DNA of 64,000 bases from an uncultured archaeon (GCA_964407715.1 CAYOWP010000001.1:16622-80621); one strand, 5' to 3'. Shown: positions 1-10,288, numbered from the stretch's first letter. The notes: generated by a model from the letters alone, not told the origin. Translations and numbers: made by a program.

Positions 1-388
1 CAAGAGGTTACCATGCTGCAATGTGGTTGTGAAAGGAATTTCCTCCCGTTAACCATATTTTATCTTAAAATAACTGGTTAAGGGGAAGCATAGCCATTCA
101 TTCGGCGTATCACAGCATCTAACCTTTTCAAGAGGTTAGAGAGCATCTAACCTTTTAAAATGGTTACCATGCTGCAATGTGGTTTGATAAGAGTTTTCCC
201 CTTAACCAGTTATTTTAAAAAATGGTTAACGGGAAGCGTAGCCTCTCAAGAGAGCATATCAAAGCAGCTAACTTTTCTAAGCGGTTGAGAAGCACCTATC
301 CTTTTGAAGTGGTTACAATGCTGTGAGGTGGTTTGAAAAAGCATTTTTCCGTTAACCAAATTTTCAAAATACATTATTGGGCAAAATC
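1..388. repeat. Structured intergenic repeat array, locus A (module 1 units in reverse orientation, truncated by the window start)
   Basis: Repeated arms tggttaaggggaagcatagcc / ttccccttaacc and inner palindrome partners ggcgtatcacagcatctaacc ... ggttaccatgctgcaatgtgg. About 2.5 units. Ends with gttaaccaaattttcaaaatacattattgggcaaaa, as at 12180. Confidence 0.85.
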
Positions 389-397
389 GATGAGATA

Positions 398-991
398 TCA
401 TGATAGCATGTTTTCTATATCTCTTTCGGTTTTTATTTTTATTTTTTTAAGAGTTTTTTCTTCATTAAAGGCATCTATCAGGTATACTCTTACGTTATAA
501 TCAATCTCCTTGAATCTGTTTTTTATTATCTCAAAGCTTGTTAATATGTTGATCAAGGAAGGGTTTTGGGTTTCATAATAAGCATAGGAAAAAATTGTCT
601 TTAGGAATAGCTTGTCAGTAAAGTGCTTGTTATATTCATATGAGGAAAATATCTTATCAAATAATTGTAGATGCTCTCTAAACAAACTCCTATAGTTTTT
701 TATTTGCGAGATGAGTATGAATTTAAATTTTTCTCTATGCTTTTCAATCCATCTGAGTAGAGAGGTATCAAGATTTATATATAGCTCTTCATATAGATTT
801 CTCTTTAAAAGTACTCTATAATCATATCCCACGCTTTCCTCTGATGCTAAACCTTTAAATATTAGCTTTGTTTTCTCATATAAATATGAGGTCTCTGATG
901 GAGAGACAGAGAAGATTTTTTTAAACTTCTCTTCAAGTGAGGACCAAGAGATAAGAAGTTCTGATGTCATTATAATGTATGGTTTACTCAT
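398..991 (-). CDS. hypothetical protein (197 aa)
   Basis: ORF with no recognisable motif. Confidence 0.4.
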   Translation of the reverse strand: MSKPYIIMTSELLISWSSLEEKFKKIFSVSPSETSYLYEKTKLIFKGLASEESVGYDYRVLLKRNLYEELYINLDTSLLRWIEKHREKFKFILISQIKNYRSLFREHLQLFDKIFSSYEYNKHFTDKLFLKTIFSYAYYETQNPSLINILTSFEIIKNRFKEIDYNVRVYLIDAFNEEKTLKKIKIKTERDIENMLS

Positions 992-1048
992 CTTATCCTC
1001 CCTTTGTGAAATTAAATTTAATATATTTTATCTCAATAAATATTATTT

Positions 1049-4000
1049 ATGTTAAACAAGTATAAATATTTAAATATTGTTTTTTATCTAATAGCGCTCT
1101 TTTTGTTATTTAAGTTTTCTTATTCTACTCCTGTTGTGATATCTGATGTTGAGGATTTCTATGATCCACTTCCATATAATGATGGAAACATAACTATAAC
1201 CGCGGTTATTAACAGAATAGATGCTGGGGAAAAGGAGGTATGGGTCTCCATACTTTCTCCGGTAGAAGAGAACCTTTCTTGGATAAAAAAGGAATTTATT
1301 GATAGCCAAACAAATAAATACTACTTTACATATAATCCTTCGCAGATAGGAACATATTTATATAAGGTATATGCTATTAACACAAATAATGAGACATCAG
1401 AATCCCAAACACATACATTTGAAAGTGCTAAGTTCCCATATTTTGAGAGCATAGCCTACAACTCTTCTGTTAAATGGGACAATGGAAGTGTTGAGTTCTA
1501 TATTACAATGAGAAGATGGGTGGATTATAGAAATAATTCCATGATAGAATACAATGTTTCTTCAGTCATTGTTATGATTAAGGAACCTGAGATAGCAAAT
1601 GTTTCTTTAACAAAGATTTCTGAGGAAGGGAATTTATCGCTATGGTATGGAAGTTTTGATCCTTCAATAATATCGCTCTATAAATATGGAGTTTTTGATC
1701 CCATTTATAAATTTCAAGTTTTTTCAAATGATACCTATGGAAATGTATCAGTTAGTGAGGAGATGAGTTTTGTTTCAGAGGGATATTATCCAAAGATACT
1801 TGGTTCTTATATCTCTCATAAAGGAATATTGAGCGTAGGTGAAAACATAACAATATATGCAATAATAAACGATACCACAAATGCAACAAATTATTCCCCA
1901 AACATAAACAGCACAAAAATATATCTACTTAAACCAGATTTAAGTTTGATGATTTATAACATGACAAAGATAAATGATTCATATTATTATCTTAATTTTA
2001 CTATAGATATTGAGGGAGATTATTTCTATAAAATCTTTGTTAGTGATGAGGAAGGAAATGAGGTGGAATCAGGATATTTTGGTTTTTCCTCTTCTCCACA
2101 TATATATGATATTGTAAATATTAGTGTAAAGGTTGCCCCAAGTTGTCAGGCAAGTATTTTTCTATTGCCTGATGAGGATAAGTTATTGGTTAATACTACT
2201 GTGATTTGGCTGAGCATATTTGAAAATCTTGGTAATGTGCCTCTTAACGAAACAACCAACATCTCAGTTGAAAAGGATGTCATATATCCAGGAGAGGAAA
2301 AGTTTGTTATTCTACCTCCAAATATTGTAGCGTATGCTCGTGATAAAGAGGAAGAGGTTGATCCTTTAGATGACACCTTTTTCTTCTTGATATGGTACAC
2401 ATACGGCTTACCTCTTGGGAACTATACAGCAAGAACATATTCCACATACTATGCAAATGTATCTTATGAAGGAGGATATTTTACATGTAATGGTACTGTC
2501 AATGATACCGTGCATTTTGAATTGGTAGAAGCTATAGGTGAAACAACACCTTCTCCTATTCTTGTTATTCGTGAGATGCCGGAGCAAATATATCAGGATC
2601 CAGATTGTATAAACGATTCACAATCCTGTATAACAACAAAGGTTAGGTTGGTCTTATTTAATAGAGGAGACAAAGTTGCAGAGAACATAACATTAAAAGA
2701 GAGAATTTATTTGTATGATTGCGCATATTCCAATTCATCTCTTTGCGAGAAAATCTCACTTAAATGTGTAAATTCATCCCAGTATTCTTGTGCTGTTACC
2801 ACAAATAAATCAACAGGTGAGATTGGATCATTGCAGTTTAATATGTCTGAGTCTCTTTCTCCAAGAGATTATGTAATTTTGGAGTATGAGCTTACACCAC
2901 CTCCATATTTAGTGGTGTATAATGATTCGGTATATAAGTTTGAGGCAAAAGGTTCTCATAAATGTGAGGGAGATAAAAAGAAGTATGAGATTTCCGAGAA
3001 TGACTTACATTATAACAAGGAGGAATACAAATTAATGCATCTTTCGCCTTTGCCTTCATTTATGTTTGATTTGACTGTTCTCTCATCTAATACAACTGAG
3101 AAAAGAAGGACATTCTCAGCAGAAAAAGACGAGGAATTTTTGATTTCAGCAGATTATATTTCCTCAATTTCCACATCAAATTGGACCATAAACATATCAT
3201 TCCCAGAGGTGTTTATAATAAAATCATGTTCATTTGTAGATGGTGTTCAATGTGAATGTCGCGTGGATAATGCGAGCAATATTGTATATTGTGATGGCTC
3301 TTCTCTGATTTCAGAGAATGACAAGGTAGAGTTCAAAGTGACGGCTCGAACAAATATATATTCTGAATATATTCTTCCAGCATATTTCAACGATTCTATT
3401 TATATGGCAGATGAAGATTTCTTACCAGGTTTATTTATGATAAGCATACCGAAAACTGAGGTTGAAGTTCCTACTCCTCAGCCAGTTCCACAGCCAACTC
3501 CTCAGCCACAACCTGAGCCACAACCTGAAACTGGACCTGAGATTAGTGAATATCATCTTCCAAAGGTTGAGATAGTTTTGAGACCACTAAATGATACATA
3601 TGTGGTATATCAAGGAGATACTTTTCCAACATATTTTGAGGTAGAGAATATAGGTAACTCAACAGCCAATAATATCACAATCGAAGCGATACTTCCATCA
3701 GCATTATGGAATCAAAGCAAAGCATATATAGATGTTCTTAATCCTGGAGAAAAGGTTAATAGAACTTTGATGTTCTCTGTTGATGAGAATGTTGCTCCTG
3801 GTATATATGTGATACCAGTTAAGGCAATGATTGGAGATTCCATAGGGGATATAGCGTATATCACCATAAAAGTTTTATTTGCTAAGAAATTGGCTAAGAT
3901 GAAGATTATTGAGATGGCACAGGAGATTGAGATCAGAGAGGATAGCAATCTTACTGTGCCTATTTTGATAAAAAACATAGGAAGAAAGGTGCTACATAAT

Positions 4001-4429
4001 GTGAGTGTGAGAATAGAGAATGTGGAAGAGTGCATAGAAAAATATTCTTCTTCACGAGAAACATTAAATCTTAATGAGTCAAAGACAATATTCCTATACC
4101 TAAAATCAAAGCCTGTAAAATCAAAGGAATGCAAAGCAATAGTGATTGCATATTCTGATGAAGGAGCATATGATTTTATGCCTGTAATCATTAAGGTATA
4201 TCCAAAGCCTCCTTTATTGGCTTTGAGACGAAATCTTACGCCAATAATCTCTTTATTGTGGACATTAATATTTATACTTTATGCAGTAATAAGAAAGAGA
4301 AAGGCTATGCGTGGTGAGAGACCGAAAAGCAAGGTTCCAAGATTAATACTTTATCTTTTAATGTTAGGAGAATTATTAATAATTATTTATGTAATTTTAT
4401 GGTTAATTGGATTGGTGAGTTTGTTATGA
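1049..4429 (+). CDS. large secreted or cell-surface glycoprotein-like protein (1126 aa)
   Basis: N-terminal hydrophobic signal, dozens of N-x-S/T sequons, a Pro/Thr/Gln linker (PTPQPVPQPTPQPQPEPQPE), and a C-terminal TM helix followed by basic residues (AVIRKRK). Confidence 0.6.
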   Translation: MLNKYKYLNIVFYLIALFLLFKFSYSTPVVISDVEDFYDPLPYNDGNITITAVINRIDAGEKEVWVSILSPVEENLSWIKKEFIDSQTNKYYFTYNPSQIGTYLYKVYAINTNNETSESQTHTFESAKFPYFESIAYNSSVKWDNGSVEFYITMRRWVDYRNNSMIEYNVSSVIVMIKEPEIANVSLTKISEEGNLSLWYGSFDPSIISLYKYGVFDPIYKFQVFSNDTYGNVSVSEEMSFVSEGYYPKILGSYISHKGILSVGENITIYAIINDTTNATNYSPNINSTKIYLLKPDLSLMIYNMTKINDSYYYLNFTIDIEGDYFYKIFVSDEEGNEVESGYFGFSSSPHIYDIVNISVKVAPSCQASIFLLPDEDKLLVNTTVIWLSIFENLGNVPLNETTNISVEKDVIYPGEEKFVILPPNIVAYARDKEEEVDPLDDTFFFLIWYTYGLPLGNYTARTYSTYYANVSYEGGYFTCNGTVNDTVHFELVEAIGETTPSPILVIREMPEQIYQDPDCINDSQSCITTKVRLVLFNRGDKVAENITLKERIYLYDCAYSNSSLCEKISLKCVNSSQYSCAVTTNKSTGEIGSLQFNMSESLSPRDYVILEYELTPPPYLVVYNDSVYKFEAKGSHKCEGDKKKYEISENDLHYNKEEYKLMHLSPLPSFMFDLTVLSSNTTEKRRTFSAEKDEEFLISADYISSISTSNWTINISFPEVFIIKSCSFVDGVQCECRVDNASNIVYCDGSSLISENDKVEFKVTARTNIYSEYILPAYFNDSIYMADEDFLPGLFMISIPKTEVEVPTPQPVPQPTPQPQPEPQPETGPEISEYHLPKVEIVLRPLNDTYVVYQGDTFPTYFEVENIGNSTANNITIEAILPSALWNQSKAYIDVLNPGEKVNRTLMFSVDENVAPGIYVIPVKAMIGDSIGDIAYITIKVLFAKKLAKMKIIEMAQEIEIREDSNLTVPILIKNIGRKVLHNVSVRIENVEECIEKYSSSRETLNLNESKTIFLYLKSKPVKSKECKAIVIAYSDEGAYDFMPVIIKVYPKPPLLALRRNLTPIISLLWTLIFILYAVIRKRKAMRGERPKSKVPRLILYLLMLGELLIIIYVILWLIGLVSLL

Positions 4430-5181
4430 GAAGATATGTAGATTTAATGATTTGTCCTGAAAGTAAGGATGCTCTGAGAGATATGCTCGCATTTATTGAC
4501 AAAATAAAACTTGAGGTAATGGGGATTTGCGTTAATGAAGAGAGCGCTAAGGAAATGATCGAATACATGGTTAATGAGTCATTAATTGATAGATTCATAA
4601 TTTTTTATATGATAAAGGCAGAGGAAATAGAGGAGTTCAGGGAGAAAAAAAAGAAATTTATAAATCAAATGAAAAAATATAAAGGTGTTAAGGCATTGAT
4701 CTTAGAATCTCGTAATTATAAAGTTTTGAGATATGCCGTTGATAAAAGAGAAGTTGATGCTTTATACAATCTTCCGCTATCCTTTAAGATGTTTGGAGTT
4801 GATCAAGTGATTATAAAGTTATGCTCTGAGAAAAATATTGCATTGATTTTTGATTTTAATTCTTTCAAAAGGATGAGTAAAAATGAGAGAGTTGTTTATC
4901 TTAGAAATATGAGAAAGATATTGCAGATTGCCAAAAAATATGATACTATGAGCATAGCCGTATCTTGCGCTAGAAATGTAATGGAAATAAAGCATCCAAG
5001 GGATTTGGCATCTTTCTTCTATATCGTATACAGAAACCTCGAGTTTTCCCTTAAGTCCACATCAGATAATCCTTTACAGTTTTCTGATTTTATTAAAAAG
5101 TTAAATAATTCTAAGAGAGTATTACCAGGGCTATACATAATTGAGGATGATAGCAATGTTAAAGCCGAGTTTAAGAGATAA
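4399..5181 (+). CDS. rnp3: RNase P protein component 3 (Rpp30 family)
   Basis: Similar to archaeal Rpp30 over blocks KVLRYAVDKREVDAL, DQVIIKLCSEKNIALIFDF and HPRDLASFF. Overlaps the next gene. Confidence 0.6.
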   Translation: MVNWIGEFVMRRYVDLMICPESKDALRDMLAFIDKIKLEVMGICVNEESAKEMIEYMVNESLIDRFIIFYMIKAEEIEEFREKKKKFINQMKKYKGVKALILESRNYKVLRYAVDKREVDALYNLPLSFKMFGVDQVIIKLCSEKNIALIFDFNSFKRMSKNERVVYLRNMRKILQIAKKYDTMSIAVSCARNVMEIKHPRDLASFFYIVYRNLEFSLKSTSDNPLQFSDFIKKLNNSKRVLPGLYIIEDDSNVKAEFKR

Positions 5182-5515
5182 AAAAAGGTACATTATTGTG
5201 AAAATTTATGCGAAAGAGAAAGATGAAGAGATAAATATAGAGGACATTATCTCTGCTGTTTGGAAAAAGGCATATGAGTATGGTGGTTATGCTTATGTCT
5301 CCCTAAGCAATATGAATGTAATAAAGGATTTATATTTTAAGGAGAAGCATATTTTTGTGATTAGTGTCATGCCAAAATATGTGGAAGATTTAAGGTTTAT
5401 ATTGATGCAGGTTGATAAGATAAAGTCCTGGGATGTTACATTACATGTTCTTGGTGTGAGTGGCACAATAAAATCTGCTAAGGAGAAATATATAAATAAG
5501 GAGGAAGACATATGA
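5141..5515 (+). CDS. rnp2: RNase P protein component 2 (Pop5 family)
   Basis: N-terminal LKPSLRDKKRYIIVKI is typical of archaeal Pop5. Adjacent to rnp3. Confidence 0.65.
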   Translation: MRMIAMLKPSLRDKKRYIIVKIYAKEKDEEINIEDIISAVWKKAYEYGGYAYVSLSNMNVIKDLYFKEKHIFVISVMPKYVEDLRFILMQVDKIKSWDVTLHVLGVSGTIKSAKEKYINKEEDI

Positions 5516-6417
5516 TATTTCATTTTGGAAATTTGGAATCTCTATATTTTGGAATTATGTTGCTTATCGCTATTATTTTTTTATTGGTTGTTAGTTATTG
5601 TGATTTAAAAACATCTCTGATTGATATTAGAGCAGTTATTTTCTTTGATTGTTTAGCTTTAATTTGCCATGGTTTGTTTGCGTTCCTTCTTCATGAATAT
5701 AAATATATTCTTTTTGGTATCTCCTCTCTTGCAATTTTTCTTTTTATGGGGTATCTGTTGTATTTCTTTTCTAAATGGGGAGAGGGAGATGCCATTGTTT
5801 TGGGAAGCATATACTTCATATATCCTTTTCCTTATTTTGTTCCGTTGCACTTTGTTATTATTAACAAGGTCATATATTATTGGTATGTGCTATTTTTTAA
5901 TATTGCCATTTTTGGTGTATTTTATTCATTGATGTATGCTTTTATATTTTCCTTAAGAAATAGAGAATTCTATGCGCATCTTAAGAAAGAGCTTTCTTTA
6001 AAACATGCTTTTCTTGTGTTTCTTCTTGGAAGTTGTTTGGCTTTCGTGATGTATTTTTTTGTTGAATCATCTTATTATGTGATTGCTTTTCCGCTAATTT
6101 TATTTATATCTTACTTTTTTTATGTGTTTGCTAAGTTATCAGATGAGATATTATTTACAAAAAAAATAAAACTAAAAGATGTGAAAGAGGGAGATACTGT
6201 TCTTGGAACATTTAAAAAAGCAAATTTTGAATGCAAGAGATTAGATGCTATTAGTAAAGAAGAGATTGATGCCCTTATAAAGGCATATGGGCCAAATAAG
6301 GTAGTTGAGGTAAAGGATATGGTTAGATATATTCCCTCTTTTCTTTTTGGATTCATCTTTACTGTTCTCTTTGGGGATGCAATACTCTATTATCTTTCCT
6401 CCTTAATTATCGTTTAA
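5512..6417 (+). CDS. A24-family archaeal prepilin/preflagellin peptidase-like membrane protein
   Basis: Polytopic membrane protein with SYCDLKTSLIDIR (first catalytic Asp motif) and KWGEGDAIVLG (second Asp motif, GxGD-like). 4-nt overlap with rnp2. Confidence 0.55.
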   Translation: MIFHFGNLESLYFGIMLLIAIIFLLVVSYCDLKTSLIDIRAVIFFDCLALICHGLFAFLLHEYKYILFGISSLAIFLFMGYLLYFFSKWGEGDAIVLGSIYFIYPFPYFVPLHFVIINKVIYYWYVLFFNIAIFGVFYSLMYAFIFSLRNREFYAHLKKELSLKHAFLVFLLGSCLAFVMYFFVESSYYVIAFPLILFISYFFYVFAKLSDEILFTKKIKLKDVKEGDTVLGTFKKANFECKRLDAISKEEIDALIKAYGPNKVVEVKDMVRYIPSFLFGFIFTVLFGDAILYYLSSLIIV

Positions 6418-6450
6418 TTTAAAATATTTTTGAAATAAAAATACTAAATT

Positions 6451-7131
6451 ATGATATCAAGCTTAAGGATTGTATCTAATAGAAAAGGATCAAATCCAGG
6501 AGGTTTTGCATATCTTAATGATCTCTATGTTTATGTGAAATACTCTTTTATTGGAGAAAATCTTACAGGTACTCCTTTAAAGGTTGAGCATCAACCAATC
6601 TATGAGTACATTACAGGGGAAATCTTGAAATTTTATGGGTTTAAAGTACCGAAGAGATATGTTATTGAGGGAGAGAGAATAAAGATAATTAATGAGATTA
6701 ACAATCCTGATTTCTATAAAAAGAGACCTTATTATTTATTATCTGTATATGTTAAATACGAGCCTAATGGCAAATTTGATATATCTCAAAAATGTATGCT
6801 AGATAAATTGGGGATGTGTGATATTATAGGAAAGGGAGATAATTATGGCATGATTGAGGAAGGATCCTTTATAATTATTGATTGCGGTTGTTCTTTTGTT
6901 GAGAGTGTAAACGGAAGAATGAGAGTTAAAGAGGAATATAAAAGAGCATATAATGAACAAAAAATAAAAATTAAATCAAGAAAGATAAAAAAGGAAATCT
7001 CAAAAATTATTAAATATATAGGGGATATCACAATAGATACCTATTTCTCAAACATTCCAATAAATAAGATTTTGAACAAAGACGAAATTGAATTTATCAA
7101 ATCCTACTATATATGGAAAATGTGCCAATAA
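6451..7131 (+). CDS. hypothetical protein (226 aa); weak small-kinase-like motif
   Basis: MCDIIGKGDNYGMIEEGSFIIIDCGCSF resembles the catalytic loop plus DFG region of Bud32/RIO-type kinases. Weak. Confidence 0.35.
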   Translation: MISSLRIVSNRKGSNPGGFAYLNDLYVYVKYSFIGENLTGTPLKVEHQPIYEYITGEILKFYGFKVPKRYVIEGERIKIINEINNPDFYKKRPYYLLSVYVKYEPNGKFDISQKCMLDKLGMCDIIGKGDNYGMIEEGSFIIIDCGCSFVESVNGRMRVKEEYKRAYNEQKIKIKSRKIKKEISKIIKYIGDITIDTYFSNIPINKILNKDEIEFIKSYYIWKMCQ

Positions 7132-7142
7132 TCTTGATAAAG

Positions 7143-7848
7143 AGTTTGTTAACGCAATAAGAATTTCTCCACCTATCAACCTCTTTATAATGTTACCATG
7201 CTACGATATGCTCTCTAGAGGAGGTATATTTTGCGTTAACTAAATTTTTATTTAAAAAATCTGGTTAACGCAAGAAATCGCTTTCCAATGCACATAGCAG
7301 CATGCTAACCGCTTTCAATGGTTAGCTGCTTCAATATGTTTTCTTGATGATATGCAGTTCTCCTTAACCAAATTTTCAAAAATAAAAAATGGTTAACGGG
7401 AAGCATAACCATCACTAAAAGGTTTGCAGCATTCTAACCTCTATCAATGGTTAGCTGCTGTGATGTGCTGAATGAATAGGTTATGCTTCCCCTTAACCAT
7501 TTTAAAAAATAATAAGATATGGTTAACGCGAGGAAATCCCTCTCATAAAAGGTTTGCAGCATGCTAACCTCTTGAAAAGGTTAGCTGCTTCCATACGCAA
7601 AATGAAAAGGTTATTTTTCCCCTTAACCATTTTATTTTATTTAAAAAATCTGGTTAACGCGAGGAAATCGCTTTTACAACCATATTGCTTTAAAATGGGT
7701 TAGCATGCTCCAAGGTGCTTGTGGAAGCGATTTTCTTCCGTAACCAATTAACAAATTCAGGCATTGTCCAATAATTCTTTATTGTTAAGCGGAAATTTAA
7801 CGCGCAAATAGCACTTTTTTTGTTAATAGAGAATTATCGGACAATGCC
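7143..7848. repeat. Structured intergenic repeat array, locus B (degenerate unit, 4 forward module 1 units, TIR mini-element at 7760-7848)
   Basis: Units ggttaacg(g/c)gaag...gcagcatgctaacc...ggttagctgcttc...ggttatgcttccccttaacc with AT-rich spacers. Terminal ggcattgtccaataattctttattgttaagcggaaa ... ttgttaatagagaattatcggacaatgcc inverted pair. Confidence 0.9.
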
Positions 7849-7895
7849 ACCAATTCAGTTAATTAAAATGTATTTTTAAATTTTACTTTTTTATA

Positions 7896-8741
7896 ATGGT
7901 ATTAATTATGGAAGAAAAACCTCCTATTGAGTATGAGAGGATTTTGAATTCTTTTTTGGAGTTGTATGAGGATAAAAGAGGAGGAAAAATTGTACGTAAG
8001 GTATGTGATAAAGCATATGATTTCATGCTTAAAATTTATGGTATGGGAGCAGCACCAGGATTGTTCTTAAATTATAAGCAAATAGATGGAATAATGAACA
8101 AGGCTGAGGCATTTGTAAAAAGCAATCTCTATTTTTGGCAAGAAACTTTCAAGTTTGTTACTGATCCTCAAACATATAAAATGGCTAGTCATTTCTTATA
8201 CAATCTTTATCATAATAAACATTTCACAATGTTCGATGTTTTGCCATATCAAGCTCAAATAGAAAAGATAGGAAAGGTGTTCTATCATATTGATAAGGGA
8301 TGGAAGAACATAATATATAACTTTCCGATATATATGGGCTTAGGATTATTAGTGATAGGTTTTGCATTGATTACTACAGAGACATTGAATGGCATAGTAA
8401 GAGGTTTCATCTCCAAGAAAGAGATACATATAGAAGATTTAAAAGAAAGGGAAAAAGAGATTATTATAGGACATATTCTTTTAGGATACGAGAGATGGGC
8501 AAGCTATGAGGAAGGAGAATGGAAAAAGCTTAAAGAAGAATATGATGAAATCATTAACAGATTGGGAGAACTTATTTTTAAAAGAGAGAATTGGAAAGAA
8601 GAAGGAGAACTTTTGAGGTTTTTATATATAAGAGAAACAATTAAAAAGGAGAGAAAAGTGAGAAAGGCTGATAAGTTCTTTATGAATGTTTATAGAGAGA
8701 TAAAAGATGAGATAATAACTCAACCAAAAATCTCATCTTAA
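7896..8741 (+). CDS. hypothetical membrane-associated protein (281 aa)
   Basis: ORF with a central hydrophobic segment and no motif. Confidence 0.4.
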   Translation: MVLIMEEKPPIEYERILNSFLELYEDKRGGKIVRKVCDKAYDFMLKIYGMGAAPGLFLNYKQIDGIMNKAEAFVKSNLYFWQETFKFVTDPQTYKMASHFLYNLYHNKHFTMFDVLPYQAQIEKIGKVFYHIDKGWKNIIYNFPIYMGLGLLVIGFALITTETLNGIVRGFISKKEIHIEDLKEREKEIIIGHILLGYERWASYEEGEWKKLKEEYDEIINRLGELIFKRENWKEEGELLRFLYIRETIKKERKVRKADKFFMNVYREIKDEIITQPKISS

Positions 8742-9571
8742 ATCTTTGATATCTTTGTTATTTCATAAAGCGCATAAAATATATCTCTTTGCGATGTTTT
8801 TGCTTTTAATATTGCGATATCTTTATCTGGGTTATTCAAAATTATGTTTGTTACTTTTTTCTTTAGTTTTTTATAAAAACTCTCGTGTAGGTTGCTTCCT
8901 ATTCCTCCTCCAAAAATGAATGTTTTTATTCCTAATATTTGATATATTGTGGCTAACAAACATGAAAGGGCATCGAGAGTATATTCCTCGAACAATTCTT
9001 CATTCTCTCTATATATCTGCAAAGGATACCTAACAGCATTGTATTTCTTTTTGTACTCTTTCATGATACCCTCTGTTCCAAGCAATTGCTCATATGTTTT
9101 TTTAGTTTTGTAATCGCATATCGCATGCCCAATCTCACCAGCAAACAAGTTTTCTCCTTTAAAAATTTTTCCTTTATGGATTATTCCTGCACCTATTCCA
9201 GTTCCCCACACAATACCTACTAAGTTTTCAATTTTGGTTTTAAGAAACTGCGAAAAAGCAAACACATTTGCATCATTTTCAACATATATCTCTTTTATTG
9301 GAAATATCTTCGCAAAATCTAAATTATTCATCCACATAGCATTTGGAGAAATTAAAATGGTTGTATTCTTCACGAATCCTGCAATAGAGATTGAGATTTT
9401 ATTTGGAGAATATCTAATAAATAAATCATTTAGCGTGTTGATAAACACCTCTTTATCAAAGATGTTATGTTCATCGTAATATATCTTTTCCTCAAATAAA
9501 AGATTCCCTTCTTCTATAAGAGCATATGCTATTTTACTGCCGCCTATATCAAGACACAGGACTTTTTGCAT
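8738..9571 (-). CDS. ROK-family sugar kinase (glucokinase-like)
   Basis: N-terminal LCLDIGGSKIAYAL, then GTGIGAGIIHKGKIFKGENLFAGEIGH ROK signature. Confidence 0.65.
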   Translation of the reverse strand: MQKVLCLDIGGSKIAYALIEEGNLLFEEKIYYDEHNIFDKEVFINTLNDLFIRYSPNKISISIAGFVKNTTILISPNAMWMNNLDFAKIFPIKEIYVENDANVFAFSQFLKTKIENLVGIVWGTGIGAGIIHKGKIFKGENLFAGEIGHAICDYKTKKTYEQLLGTEGIMKEYKKKYNAVRYPLQIYRENEELFEEYTLDALSCLLATIYQILGIKTFIFGGGIGSNLHESFYKKLKKKVTNIILNNPDKDIAILKAKTSQRDIFYALYEITKISKI

Positions 9572-9730
9572 TGTTTCACTTTATCAATAACTTTCCACCC
9601 TTTTTAACATCTCTTCAAGTGCTGCCTTTTTTGGATCCTGAAGTTGAGATTTCTTTCTTTTATTTTCTGGCTTATATTCTGACAGCATTTTTATCTTGTC
9701 ATATAAATCCATTGTGATCACCTCTTTATG

Positions 9731-10288
9731 CTATTCCTCCGATTCTCTTCCTACAATATCAGTCACGCTAACAATAATAAACCCTATTGTTACTAATGTT
9801 ATAGTTATTGCAACAGTATATGGATCTATAACTATCCAGAAATCTCTAAACATATATCCTAAGGTTTCATAAAACAATATGAAAATCACAATCGTTATAA
9901 TACCTGCTATCACATATTTCAGCGTGTTATTCTGTTTAACAATATCTGTACCAAATTTTACTCCCAATATTGATAAGGTTAAAGGTATTAATAACAAAGT
10001 TACAGCCAATACACCCCACTTTGTAAATAACTCAGATAAGAACTCAGTTATTGTTCTTGTTTGAGGAGCATAATAAATAATCAAAGTAGCCATTGTTATT
10101 GCAAGTAATCTATTAATTCTCTCTACATTCTTTCCTTTCTCTTTACCAAATATGTTTACCCTTGATAATAAACCATAGATAATAACAAAATACAATAACC
10201 AAGGTAAAGCATAATCAAACAAGCCCATATCTTCAAAAATATAAAGCACATTCCCAATTAAGGATGAATCAAACCACCCATGAAACAT
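9731..10288 (-). CDS. polytopic membrane protein, copy 2 of a duplicated gene
   Basis: 185 aa with 4-5 TM segments. Nucleotide-identical to 10768-11367 except the C-terminus. Confidence 0.55.
   Translation of the reverse strand: MFHGWFDSSLIGNVLYIFEDMGLFDYALPWLLYFVIIYGLLSRVNIFGKEKGKNVERINRLLAITMATLIIYYAPQTRTITEFLSELFTKWGVLAVTLLLIPLTLSILGVKFGTDIVKQNNTLKYVIAGIITIVIFILFYETLGYMFRDFWIVIDPYTVAITITLVTIGFIIVSVTDIVGRESEE

Noticed and set aside
7143-7848. Replication origin (ORB elements flanking an AT-rich DUE)
   Set aside because: There is no orc1/cdc6 gene nearby. The same elements occur at 13 loci in 64 kb, far too many for origins.
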